Assembly: GCA_023244895.1 (NCBI GenBank)
Contig: JAHFLL010000001.1
Span: 489,802-553,801, forward strand
Source: Candidatus Liptonbacteria bacterium
GTDB lineage: Bacteria > Patescibacteriota > Minisyncoccia > UBA6257 > 2-01-FULL-56-20
Direction of reading: 5' to 3'
Length of the DNA stretch: 64,000 nt
Program-made: the position numbers and the translations under genes
Shown: piece after piece, positions 37,159 through 46,258 of the stretch
How positions within the stretch are numbered: the first letter of the stretch is position 1
How the letters are laid out: every line of letters begins with the position of its first letter
Notes under the pieces: generated by a model
What the model was told of the DNA's origin: nothing
What the model saw: only the letters and a program-made list of their open reading frames with translations
Databases searched by the model: none

Positions 37159-37563
37159 CTATCTTTTAAGTAGGCTGGAATGATAAACGTTCGGTTCAAA
37201 AGATTTCATAACCTTCACCTCCGGATGCCAATCAAACTCATCTAAGTGGGATCGAAGAGAATCTGCCAGCTGGACTTGGTCGTAGCCCAAAGCGATAACT
37301 TCCGGACGATGCTGCCTCACCACTCCCCAAGTTTCTATTTCCGCGTCCCCTATCACCACCTGGTCCACCTCGTCTTCGTCCAACAAGTGCTGGAACCTTT
37401 CTTCTAGATTCATTTCCGGTAAATGACCCTTTAAATGTTCAATCACATGGTCCTGCGCCACAACGGCGATCAAGTACTGACCCTGATTTTTAGCTTCTTT
37501 TAAAAACTCGCGATGCCCGCGATGTATACCGTCAAATGTTCCAAACACCATTACCTTACGCAT
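37159..37563 (-). CDS. Cytidylyltransferase-like HxGH nucleotidyltransferase (RibL/TagD/NMNAT-like small nucleotidyltransferase)
   Basis: VFGTFDGIHRGHREFLKEAK carries the (T/H)xGH motif of the nucleotidylyltransferase alpha/beta fold. At 134 aa its length is typical of archaeal-type FAD synthase or glycerol-3-phosphate cytidylyltransferase. Confidence 0.65.
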   Translation of the reverse strand: MRKVMVFGTFDGIHRGHREFLKEAKNQGQYLIAVVAQDHVIEHLKGHLPEMNLEERFQHLLDEDEVDQVVIGDAEIETWGVVRQHRPEVIALGYDQVQLADSLRSHLDEFDWHPEVKVMKSFEPNVYHSSLLKR

Positions 37564-37595
37564 TGCAGAATGAATTATGAATTAAGAATTGGGAA

Positions 37596-38039
37596 TTAGG
37601 GATAGTGGATGAGGATGCCCGCGGACTTGCTAAATTCGTGTTCGTCTTTAGCGCCTTCTGAATCTTCCCAGCGCGGACCCATAAAAATATCCGTGACGTA
37701 GCCCGAACCCAAAACATCTCTCCAGAATATTTTAAAATCAGCGTCTGGCAGTGATTCCAAGTTTATGGCGCCGTACACGTCTTCGCTAAATACATCTACC
37801 GCCGAAAAAATAGGAAAGTCATTAGCCTTCCTAAGCTGCTCCGCGAAATCATCTAGGGCGCGAATATTCTCCCATATTTTATCCCGCCCATCCGAAGCAA
37901 TCATTCCAGCTACATATCCTAGCTTCTCTTGATTACCTCTAAACTCCTTAATCGTTGAAAGCAGGGTGGCCTTTAGACTATCCAAGTCTTTTATGGAGTC
38001 TATCTCGGATTGTATTTTATCTCTTATTTTTTTGTGCAT
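37596..38039 (-). CDS. DUF4406-like protein (nucleoside 2-deoxyribosyltransferase-like fold)
   Basis: LGYVAGMIASDG and DIFMGPRWEDSEGAKDEHEFSKSAGILI recall the YxAGP...W..S.G...E pattern of that family. This rests on my memory of the family and is tentative. Confidence 0.35.
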   Translation of the reverse strand: MHKKIRDKIQSEIDSIKDLDSLKATLLSTIKEFRGNQEKLGYVAGMIASDGRDKIWENIRALDDFAEQLRKANDFPIFSAVDVFSEDVYGAINLESLPDADFKIFWRDVLGSGYVTDIFMGPRWEDSEGAKDEHEFSKSAGILIHYP

Positions 38040-38116
38040 GTTAAATAGTTGGAATTAGGATTTATTTAGAAATTAGAGCAATTAGAAATTTACTTTCTAC
38101 GCTCTACTCTGTGTCT

Positions 38117-39835
38117 TCAAGCCACTTCCGCATTATAACACTGCTCGCAGTAAACCATCTCTGGCCGGTCGGGCGCGTAACTGGTTTCAAACTCATTGGA
38201 GCAACCCGGCTTCATACACTTGCGATGCCAGAGCTTATAGGGATTTTTAAGCTTGAGGCGTTCGTAGTGCCTACAATTAGGACATAATCTAGGAATAGGT
38301 AATCCTATCTTCTTGTAAAACCCCAGCTCTTGGGGTATCAGCTTGAAAGCCGACGTGCATTGATGATTGCATCTTGCCCCATGCCCACACCCTATCACCT
38401 CCTCTAGAATAGAGTCGGGGGTGTCTTTGATGTGGTCCGGCAGGTCCTGGGGTTGTTTGGTCACTGTGTATTGCTTGGTATCTGGGTCTCTCCACTTGTA
38501 TCCCTGAACTAGAGCCTGCTCTTTGGTTAAGGGGAAGTACTCCTGGGCGATGGTTTCATTGTAGGCGAAGGGAGAGAGTTCCGGGGGGAAGAACTCCCCG
38601 TATTTATATACTCTGCCTAGTTTATCTATATAGGGCATAGTATTCATATGCTCTATGATCTGGGGGACCAGAGCTTCATACTCCTCCTTGGTGTATTGCT
38701 TGTTCAAAATACAGTACTGCTTGTTGCGCAGGGCGACGCAGGCAAAAACGTTTGAAGAGGCGTTGCAAAAGTCGGTAAATTCAACATTGGCCAGGTTGCC
38801 AATAGAGTTGGTGGAAAATTTTATGCCAGTGCTTTCTCTTCCTCCGGTCGCATATTCGTAGGATAAATCAGAATAAATGAGTCCGCTTATATCCATACTA
38901 TCTTTTAGATAGTATACGCGCATGGCGTTCTTGACGTTTTCAAGCTCCCAGCCCTCAAAACAGTTATGGCAATTTTTGGCGTTAGAAATAGCATCTCCAT
39001 CGGAATTAGCGCACTTTATGACGTCCGCCCAACGATGTAGACAGTTTTCCATCATCACCCTAAATTCAGTTTTAAATTTATCTAGATTAGAATGGCTTCC
39101 AAAATCGAATTCTTCCGACACTTTTTTACGATATTCTTCCTTGGTATATTGCTTATTGCGTATCACATACCTCTTATTCCTTAGGTTGTGAGACATTACG
39201 CAGTCCTGGCAATTCACGCAGTCAAACAGAAACCAGGAATCCACACAGTCAGTAGCGCGAAAAATAAAATGGCAGTTATTACATCTACCCGAATATGCGT
39301 CCCCGTAACACATATTGAGGCTCTCTGCATTTAAACAATCATAAGCATGAACAGAATTATCTACTGCCCGAGAATAATAAACATCTTCACAGTTAACGAC
39401 CGAGTACCCTAAGTAAACATTCTTAGATTCTCCGGTCATGTTGGAATAGCTGACGTTCTCGGAGTTATGGCGTTGCCACAGAGCCATGTGCGGTACCGCT
39501 CTGCGCAATTCCACAAACTGCTCAAAAAATGTCTTGGAAAAATCATACTCCCGACCATACTCTATCGCTTCCCACCCATCCGACCACCAGCAATCATTGC
39601 AATACACGACCAACTCCTTGTCTGGGGAACAGAAGGTAATAGTGCTCTTCCCACAAAGCGCGCATGCCCCCTTATACAGAGAGCGCTCATTGCGAAAGCA
39701 GATCCTTCTCTGTAGTCGGCAATCCGGACACCAGGTTGGAGGCGGAACCTTAATACGCTCATAGAAACCAAAATCATCCGGCTCTATTACAAATGCGCTG
39801 TGACAACTTTGGCATGTCTTGGTTTCCGGTTCCAT
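38117..39835 (-). CDS. Cysteine-rich dual zinc-ribbon paralog, family copy B1
   Basis: A 572-aa ORF reading MEPETKTCQSCHSAFVIEPDDFGFYERIKVPPPTWCPDCRLQRR...YAPDRPEMVYCEQCYNAEVA. It contains the near-identical tract shared with A3. Confidence 0.85.
   Translation of the reverse strand: MEPETKTCQSCHSAFVIEPDDFGFYERIKVPPPTWCPDCRLQRRICFRNERSLYKGACALCGKSTITFCSPDKELVVYCNDCWWSDGWEAIEYGREYDFSKTFFEQFVELRRAVPHMALWQRHNSENVSYSNMTGESKNVYLGYSVVNCEDVYYSRAVDNSVHAYDCLNAESLNMCYGDAYSGRCNNCHFIFRATDCVDSWFLFDCVNCQDCVMSHNLRNKRYVIRNKQYTKEEYRKKVSEEFDFGSHSNLDKFKTEFRVMMENCLHRWADVIKCANSDGDAISNAKNCHNCFEGWELENVKNAMRVYYLKDSMDISGLIYSDLSYEYATGGRESTGIKFSTNSIGNLANVEFTDFCNASSNVFACVALRNKQYCILNKQYTKEEYEALVPQIIEHMNTMPYIDKLGRVYKYGEFFPPELSPFAYNETIAQEYFPLTKEQALVQGYKWRDPDTKQYTVTKQPQDLPDHIKDTPDSILEEVIGCGHGARCNHQCTSAFKLIPQELGFYKKIGLPIPRLCPNCRHYERLKLKNPYKLWHRKCMKPGCSNEFETSYAPDRPEMVYCEQCYNAEVA
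38387..38750. repeat. Near-identical DNA tract shared with 5014..5378 (paralog B1 versus A3)
   Basis: See 5014..5378. Confidence 0.8.
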
Positions 39836-39873
39836 TTTTTTACTTTTTACATTCTACCTACCACCTTCCATCT

Positions 39874-41598
39874 TCACGCTACTTCCGCATTGTAGCATTG
39901 CTCGCAGTAGACGACCTCTGTCCCGTCGGGACGGTAGCTGGACCTAAACATATTGGGGCACCTGCCCTCGGGATGGTTGGTATGGCTCGCGGTATTTTGA
40001 TACACCTTATAGTCACATCTGCATTGCTGAGGGGCGGAAAGGCGATTCGGACCGCGGGCGGTCATGCGTCGGTCGTGACGACAATCGGGACACATCCTGG
40101 GAATTGGAATATTCAAACGCTTATAGAATTGCAACTCTGGCGGAATAATACGATAGTTTTTATCGCATTTTACGCAAGAAAATATCTCCCTACTCACATC
40201 CGCCACGTTAAGGTCTCCTATGGCGTCCGGAACGTTATCCCATTTCAAAGTTTCTTTGCCATAGGTACCGCGGGGATATTCTTCCCAGCCGAATCCCAGC
40301 GCCTCCGCCCTCTCTTTCGTAAGCGGAAACTGTTCTTGAGCAACAGTTTCGTTATATCCGAAGGGACCGAGTGAAGATGGGAAAAATTCTCCATATTCTC
40401 CGCTCACCTTCATGTCCCCCACTATCTTATCTCGCAAAGATTCATATTCATCTTTGGAATATTGCTTATTCAAAATGCAATAATCCTTTTTGCGCAAACC
40501 GGCGGAACCCAGGCAGTGGTTGGAATTAAAACAATTAAGGGCATACTCCATAAAGGTAGAACTCCAGGCCTGCGCGCAGGACACACAGTTAGACACGTCT
40601 ATGCCGGTATTAATGGAATTATAGATTGTGCTTGCGTTTCTGCCCGCGGTGCTCACGTCCACGCAATCCTTAGCGTTGCGCCAAACATGCTCTCCGTAAG
40701 CGCAATCTTCCGCTTCATAAGAATGGAAACACTCTCGGCAGTTTTTCGCGTCGGATATGTAGTTCCCGGATGAGCCCGGCGCGTTTACAATCTCCGCGTA
40801 TTTTCTGGGCTGGGTTTTAATAAATTCTAAAAACTTGGCGCGCATAGCCTCTACCCCGCTTGCGGTATCAAGCCGTGCCTCCGTTATAAACCCTTCATAT
40901 TCTTCTTTGCTTAAGGGCTTATTGAAGACATAGTATTGGCGATTACGCAGATTGACGCATCCAATACAGTCACTGCAACCCCTACAGTCGTACAGAAAAT
41001 AGGAGTTTCTGCTGTCATAACAAACTTTACTATAGACAAGCTGATAACAGTTGTAGCAATCGTCACTTTCATAAGAAAGTTCGGTCTGGTGCGAGAAAGA
41101 AAGGTCCAGCGAGTCCCGACATTGCTGTACCCAATAGGAATGAATACAACCTTCATTGTTGGAGGACTCTACCAGCATATAGCAATCCTTATTATCCGCG
41201 GAAATATTCACGTACTCCGAGTTCACGCTACGCACGTAAATCAGCGCCACCTTGGGCACTTTTTTATAAATCTCATTAACCTGCTCTAGAAATGGCCGGC
41301 TTGGGTCATAATCCTGACCGTATTCTGTCGCGTCCCAGTCATCTTTAAACCAGCACTCATAGCACCAAACCGGATATGGTTTATTGGGACTATACATGGA
41401 AACCACCTCCCGCTTGCACTTATCGCAGGCGCGCTTATAGAAGACACGCTCGTTACGAAAAGCTAGTCTGCGCTGGGCGCGACACAAGGGACACATTTTC
41501 GGCAAAGATACGCCGATTTTTTCGTAAAACGTAAAATCATCCGGCTCTATCGTAAAGTCCTTTTTGCAGCTCTGGCAGGTTTTAGCTTCCGGTCCCAT
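39874..41598 (-). CDS. Cysteine-rich dual zinc-ribbon paralog, family copy B2
   Basis: A 574-aa ORF reading MGPEAKTCQSCKKDFTIEPDDFTFYEKIGVSLPKMCPLCRAQRR...YRPDGTEVVYCEQCYNAEVA. Confidence 0.85.
   Translation of the reverse strand: MGPEAKTCQSCKKDFTIEPDDFTFYEKIGVSLPKMCPLCRAQRRLAFRNERVFYKRACDKCKREVVSMYSPNKPYPVWCYECWFKDDWDATEYGQDYDPSRPFLEQVNEIYKKVPKVALIYVRSVNSEYVNISADNKDCYMLVESSNNEGCIHSYWVQQCRDSLDLSFSHQTELSYESDDCYNCYQLVYSKVCYDSRNSYFLYDCRGCSDCIGCVNLRNRQYYVFNKPLSKEEYEGFITEARLDTASGVEAMRAKFLEFIKTQPRKYAEIVNAPGSSGNYISDAKNCRECFHSYEAEDCAYGEHVWRNAKDCVDVSTAGRNASTIYNSINTGIDVSNCVSCAQAWSSTFMEYALNCFNSNHCLGSAGLRKKDYCILNKQYSKDEYESLRDKIVGDMKVSGEYGEFFPSSLGPFGYNETVAQEQFPLTKERAEALGFGWEEYPRGTYGKETLKWDNVPDAIGDLNVADVSREIFSCVKCDKNYRIIPPELQFYKRLNIPIPRMCPDCRHDRRMTARGPNRLSAPQQCRCDYKVYQNTASHTNHPEGRCPNMFRSSYRPDGTEVVYCEQCYNAEVA
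41526..41583. repeat. 58-nt identical tract shared with about 43271..43328 (N-terminal coding ends of B2 and B3)
   Basis: aaaacgtaaaatcatccggctctatcgtaaagtcctttttgcagctctggcaggtttt is identical in both. It encodes KTCQSCKKDFTIEPDDFTFY. Confidence 0.7.
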
Positions 41599-41641
41599 TT
41601 CTTTTTTTTACTTCCTACGTTTTGCCTACCACTTTTTATCT

Positions 41642-43345
41642 TTACGCCACTTCTTGATTATAACAACTCTCGCAATACACTATTTCCGGTCGGCCGGGGG
41701 CATAGCTGGTTTCAAACTCATTGGGGCAGTCCGACTTCATGCATTTGCGGTGCCAGAGCCTGCGGGGATTGCGCATTTTAAAACGCTCTGTTCTGCGACA
41801 GGGATAACAATATTCCGGAACCGGGATACCCATTTTGCGATAGATCATAAGTTCCGTAGGGTGTAAACGGAAAGCACCCACGCAAAGCGGGTTCCTTGTT
41901 TTTGCTTCTTCATCTTCTTGTGTTCGACAACCGATAGTTTGGCTTAGGATATCATCCGAAGCCTCAGCTACGGTGGACGGCAATTGGTCTGGAGTCATAG
42001 TGACTTTATGGTTGGTAGCCGGCTTGTCGTACCAACTATAACCCTTTTGAATTGCCTCTTCTCTAGTCAACGGAAAGTAGTCCTGCGCCATAGATTCGTT
42101 ATAGGCGAACGGGGAGACATCCGGAGGATAGTATTCGCCCCACTCCCCGGTTTTTCTCATATGCTCTACGATCTTCTTTTTTAAATCCAAATACTCCTCC
42201 TTGGAATATTGTTTATTCAAAATGCAATACTGTTTTTGTTTCAATCCAAAACAGCCGAAACAATTATTAGCACCAAAACACATGTCGCAATAACAGGAAT
42301 CAGTTATGGTGCTAAAGCAACTGCGAGCGACGATGGTGCGATGCGGGGTATCCACCCCTTGCGTCTCGTAGGATAGTTCGGCATTTATTATTTCCGTGCA
42401 ATCCCTACAGTCCTCAGTGTTTCGCCAAGCATCCTGCATATAGGCCACATCCTTATTGTCGCGACAGTTAAAACAATAATTCGCTCTTTGAGTGTTCTCC
42501 AGGTAGTCTCCGGAAGATTCCTGAGCCTGGGTACCGTGATAGTTTTTTACCGGCTTAGTTAATCTAAAGCCAGCGAATTTTTTAAGTTGCTCCCGGATAG
42601 ACAATCTTGTCCGGGTAAACTCTTTCTTTCTTTGCTCGTATTCCTCTTTAGAAAGCTGTTCGTTAAACCAACAATATTGCTTATTTCTTAATCCCCAACA
42701 GCCGAGACAATCGACGCAACCTCGACAGTCATCCGAAAAATAGATGTTTACACAGTCGGCGCAATTGCTTATCCAGGCGCAATTGGAACATTTTGCCAAG
42801 TTAATGCTCTCGTAGCAGAGTTCGGAGCTCTCTATCATGTAGCAATCAGAACACATAAAGCACTTGCGCTGGTTCCAACTGCCATACATGCACTTTTCGC
42901 TGGTATCGCTCGTGACCAGCATGTAGCAGTCCTTGTTATCTTGGGACTGATTTGTGTATTCACTATTTACGCTATTCGCATTAACCAAAGCAAGATGAGG
43001 AACTACTCGGCGCAATTCTTCGTATTGCTCAAAAAACGGGCGGTTGAAATCAAAGTTCCGCCCATAAACGGATGCGTCAAAAGCGTCCGATTTCCAATAG
43101 TCCTGCTTGTAGACCGGAAATGAGACGTCTGGTCGGTAAATGGAGATTATGTCCTCCCCGGTAGCATCGCACTTGCGCTTATAAAAGTTGTACTCGTTTC
43201 TATCCGAAAGCCGCCTAATATATCTGCACTCCGGGCAAAGAGTCGGAGGCGGCACATCTATTTTTTGATAAAACGTAAAATCATCCGGCTCTATCGTAAA
43301 GTCCTTTTTGCAGCTCTGGCAGGTTTTTACTTGAGATTCGGTCAT
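41642..43345 (-). CDS. Cysteine-rich dual zinc-ribbon paralog, family copy B3
   Basis: A 567-aa ORF reading MTESQVKTCQSCKKDFTIEPDDFTFYQKIDVPPPTLCPECRYIRR...YAPGRPEIVYCESCYNQEVA. Its start overlaps the NUDIX stop (ATGA). Confidence 0.85.
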   Translation of the reverse strand: MTESQVKTCQSCKKDFTIEPDDFTFYQKIDVPPPTLCPECRYIRRLSDRNEYNFYKRKCDATGEDIISIYRPDVSFPVYKQDYWKSDAFDASVYGRNFDFNRPFFEQYEELRRVVPHLALVNANSVNSEYTNQSQDNKDCYMLVTSDTSEKCMYGSWNQRKCFMCSDCYMIESSELCYESINLAKCSNCAWISNCADCVNIYFSDDCRGCVDCLGCWGLRNKQYCWFNEQLSKEEYEQRKKEFTRTRLSIREQLKKFAGFRLTKPVKNYHGTQAQESSGDYLENTQRANYCFNCRDNKDVAYMQDAWRNTEDCRDCTEIINAELSYETQGVDTPHRTIVARSCFSTITDSCYCDMCFGANNCFGCFGLKQKQYCILNKQYSKEEYLDLKKKIVEHMRKTGEWGEYYPPDVSPFAYNESMAQDYFPLTREEAIQKGYSWYDKPATNHKVTMTPDQLPSTVAEASDDILSQTIGCRTQEDEEAKTRNPLCVGAFRLHPTELMIYRKMGIPVPEYCYPCRRTERFKMRNPRRLWHRKCMKSDCPNEFETSYAPGRPEIVYCESCYNQEVA

Positions 43346-43788
43346 TTTGCTAAACGGAGATATTCTTTTACGCCCCTGAGCCAGCCACCCTTAAACTTTT
43401 CCTCCGGGCGGAAAGTTCTAACATCTTCCCAGCTCATTTCCGTATGACGTTTTGATAATTTAATTTCTCCTCCAGTCAACTTTGCTTCATAGCCGATTGC
43501 GAAAATCTGGACCTTCAACTTTCCCCCACTCACGCTCTCCTGTCTTTCGTGGCGCATAAAAACAACCGGCTGACCGAGTTTATACTTCACGCCTCCCAGC
43601 TCCTCTTTGATTTTCCGAGCGATAATCTTCTCTATCGGTCTGCCGAACTCTTCCGGCAACATTCTGCCACCCGGCAAGTCCCAGCACCCAAAAGAATCCT
43701 TTAAAATCAACAGCTTGTCTGCCTTGCGTAAAAAGACCTTAAAAGCCACAAAATACAGGCCTTTACCGTTTAAGCTGTCCGATTTCAT
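43342..43788 (-). CDS. NUDIX hydrolase
   Basis: The Nudix box reads GGRMLPEEFGRPIEKIIARKIKEELGG, matching GX5EX7REUXEEXGU. The gene is translationally coupled to B3. Confidence 0.8.
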   Translation of the reverse strand: MKSDSLNGKGLYFVAFKVFLRKADKLLILKDSFGCWDLPGGRMLPEEFGRPIEKIIARKIKEELGGVKYKLGQPVVFMRHERQESVSGGKLKVQIFAIGYEAKLTGGEIKLSKRHTEMSWEDVRTFRPEEKFKGGWLRGVKEYLRLAK

Positions 43789-44076
43789 TGCTTAATATTA
43801 CCACCCACCAGCTAAAAGATGCCAGAAAAATAAAGGTCATCACCTTGACCTCAAATGTATGTTTTAGCCTCTACCTCTGTAGCAGAAGTGGGGGCAAACA
43901 TATTGTTGCTGTCCATATAATCTGTCGCAGGAAATAGGTTTTTATATAAATTTATTGCCTATTTTATAAAGTGTGTTGCTGTTAGTGATTTTGGGGATAA
44001 GTGCCCTATTCTTGCAATATATTATTTTGAGTAAAATGAAATTGCCACAGAGTATGTGGTTTTTTAATTAGAACAG

Positions 44077-44198
44077 CTCTTTTGCACGGGATAAGATAGC
44101 TCAATAAGACTGGCTCCGACAGAAAACCTTAACCTCCCAAAATCGTCTTATCTGACTGATCAATCTCTTATCCCGTACAAAGGAGCCGTTGATAAAGT
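44077..44198. repeat. Long imperfect palindrome in the AT-rich lysS-NUDIX intergenic region
   Basis: The arms gctcttttgcacgggataaga (44077-44097) and tcttatcccgtacaaaggagc (44178-44198) are reverse complements at 19 of 21 positions. Nested ataagac/gtcttat repeats lie between them. Confidence 0.4.
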
Positions 44199-44267
44199 AT
44201 CCTAATGTGATTATAGCACTCCGTAAATAGGAGGTCTGTTGATAACCCCATTTTAGCCTTATAAAGC

Positions 44268-45719
44268 CTACTTTCCCTGCGGACGCATTAGAGGAAAAAA
44301 GACGGTCTCCCGCACGGGCTTGTCCATTAGGACCGCAAAGAGTCGCTCGGAAGTGCCAAAACCCGCCGCGGGTGGCATGCCGTACTCCAACGCCTCCAGA
44401 AAGTCTTCGTCCAGCATTTGAGCCTCCTTGTCCCCTGCCTCACGCAATTTCATCTGGTCCTCAAAGCGCGCGCGCTGGTCAATCGGGTCATTGAGTTCCG
44501 AAAAGCCCTTGCCAAGCTCCGTGCCCGCGGCCAAAATCTGGAACCTCTCTACCTGACCGGGTTTTTTATCACTACGCTTGGCCAATGGCTCAATCTCTAC
44601 TGGCGGGTCTATCAAAAAGCAGGGCTGAAGCAATTTCGGCCGAACGGTCTTTTTATATATCAAATCTATGAGCCGTCCCTTGCCTAAATTTTCTTCCAAA
44701 TCAATCTTCAAAGATTTGGCCTTCTTCTTCAACTCTTCCACGCTCGCATTCACGGGATTCAAGCCATTTTCTTTTTCAAATATTTCTACATAGTCCACAG
44801 AGGGCCACTTGCCCGACCAATCTATTTCCTGCCCACCATAAGTGGTTTTTAGACTACCCGTAACGTTTTTAATGGCCTTTTGATACACATCCCGCATTAG
44901 ATCCATCGCGTCGTGATAGTCGCGATACGCCCAATAAAACTCCATCTGAGTGTAGTCCTGTAAGTGCTCCTTATCTATGCCTTCGTTGCGAAAGATGCGT
45001 CCGATCTCAAACACCGCGTCAAATCCGCCCACTAAAAGCTTCTTAAGAGGAAGCTCCAGGGAAATGCGTAGATAAAAATCCGTATCCAGCGCGTTGTGGT
45101 GGGTCACGAACGGCTCCGCTTCCGCTCCACCAGGAATCGCTTCCAGAACCGGAAGCTCTACTTCCGTAAATCCATTTTTAGTAAGCTCGGTACGAAATGT
45201 TTGCCAGAAAATATTTTTCTTTTCAAAAGTCTTACGCAGGTCCTGGTCCATTACTAAATCAAGATAACGTTTGCGCAAGCGGGTCTCCGCGTCTTCCAGA
45301 CCGAAATGTTCGGTCGGTAATGGCCTTAGACTCTTTGAAAGCATAACCACCTTCTTGGCGGACACACTCTTGGTGCCACGATTAGTGACCATCAGTTCTC
45401 CGCTAACGGAAATAAAGTCGCCCCGGTCCAGATTAGCCTGCCAGAAATCAAAATCACCCAAATCCTGCTTGCGCAAGACCGCCTGGATTTCGCCGGTAGA
45501 ATCCCTTAGGTCGGCGAAGATCACGCCCCCCTGATCGCGCAAGGTGATAGCGCGGCCCGCCAAAGATACGGTCTCGGCGCCAGCCATTAGAGCGTCAAAG
45601 CCAGCCAACGCCTCGCCTATACTGTGGGTACGCTCGGTTTTTATGGGATAGGCCGATACCCCCGAGGCGTTTATCCGGTCCAGCTTTTTCTTACGTTCCT
45701 GTATTATTTCGTCTAACAT
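44268..45719 (-). CDS. lysS: Lysine--tRNA ligase, class II
   Basis: An N-terminal OB anticodon-binding domain is followed by class II motifs (FRNEGIDKEHLQDYTQMEFYWAY; GFGTSERL). Confidence 0.9.
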   Translation of the reverse strand: MLDEIIQERKKKLDRINASGVSAYPIKTERTHSIGEALAGFDALMAGAETVSLAGRAITLRDQGGVIFADLRDSTGEIQAVLRKQDLGDFDFWQANLDRGDFISVSGELMVTNRGTKSVSAKKVVMLSKSLRPLPTEHFGLEDAETRLRKRYLDLVMDQDLRKTFEKKNIFWQTFRTELTKNGFTEVELPVLEAIPGGAEAEPFVTHHNALDTDFYLRISLELPLKKLLVGGFDAVFEIGRIFRNEGIDKEHLQDYTQMEFYWAYRDYHDAMDLMRDVYQKAIKNVTGSLKTTYGGQEIDWSGKWPSVDYVEIFEKENGLNPVNASVEELKKKAKSLKIDLEENLGKGRLIDLIYKKTVRPKLLQPCFLIDPPVEIEPLAKRSDKKPGQVERFQILAAGTELGKGFSELNDPIDQRARFEDQMKLREAGDKEAQMLDEDFLEALEYGMPPAAGFGTSERLFAVLMDKPVRETVFFPLMRPQGK

Positions 45720-45786
45720 GTTAGTTTATGCACCTAATAATACCCTATTTTGTAGGAAAAACGCCATAATCCAATGGCTTAGCGGG

Positions 45787-46245
45787 TTAGTCTATTTTGA
45801 GAACCTTGTAGACAGATTTACCGGAAGGCGTAACTATGGTCACCTCTTCACCCACGCGCCTATCTATCAATGCCCTGCCAATCGGAGATTCATTAGAGAT
45901 CTTACCCTCTTCCGGCTTGGATTCACTGGAGCCAACAATATTATAAGTAAACGAATCCTTGTCTTTTTTTAGAACAACCACCGAACCAACCTGGACCCGA
46001 TCGCCTATACCGGTCTTTTCAATCACCACCGCTTTTTTCAAAAAGTCCTCCAGTTCCGCGATGCGCGACTCCAGCTTAGCCTGCTCGTCTTTAGCCTCGC
46101 TATACTCCGCATTTTCGGACAAGTCGCCGTACTCCTTGGCGCGCTTAAGGTGATCCGCGACTTCCATTCTCTTATTGGTGCGCAAATCTTCCAGCTCCCT
46201 ATTCAATTCTTCCAGTTTTTCTGAACTGACGTAATACTGATTCAT
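45787..46245 (-). CDS. greA: Transcription elongation factor GreA
   Basis: An N-terminal coiled coil reads YGDLSENAEYSEAKDEQAKLESRIAELE. A C-terminal FKBP-like domain reads VVLKKDKDSFTYNIVG. Confidence 0.85.
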   Translation of the reverse strand: MNQYYVSSEKLEELNRELEDLRTNKRMEVADHLKRAKEYGDLSENAEYSEAKDEQAKLESRIAELEDFLKKAVVIEKTGIGDRVQVGSVVVLKKDKDSFTYNIVGSSESKPEEGKISNESPIGRALIDRRVGEEVTIVTPSGKSVYKVLKID

Positions 46246-46258
46246 TTGTTTATTATTT

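Noticed and set aside
1127-43345. Cys-rich paralogs as radical SAM enzymes or 4Fe-4S ferredoxins
   Set aside because: They have no CxxxCxxC radical-SAM motif and no CxxCxxCxxxCP ferredoxin motif. The cysteines are in CxxC, CxxCxDCxGC arrangements typical of zinc ribbons or knots. I have left the family unnamed.
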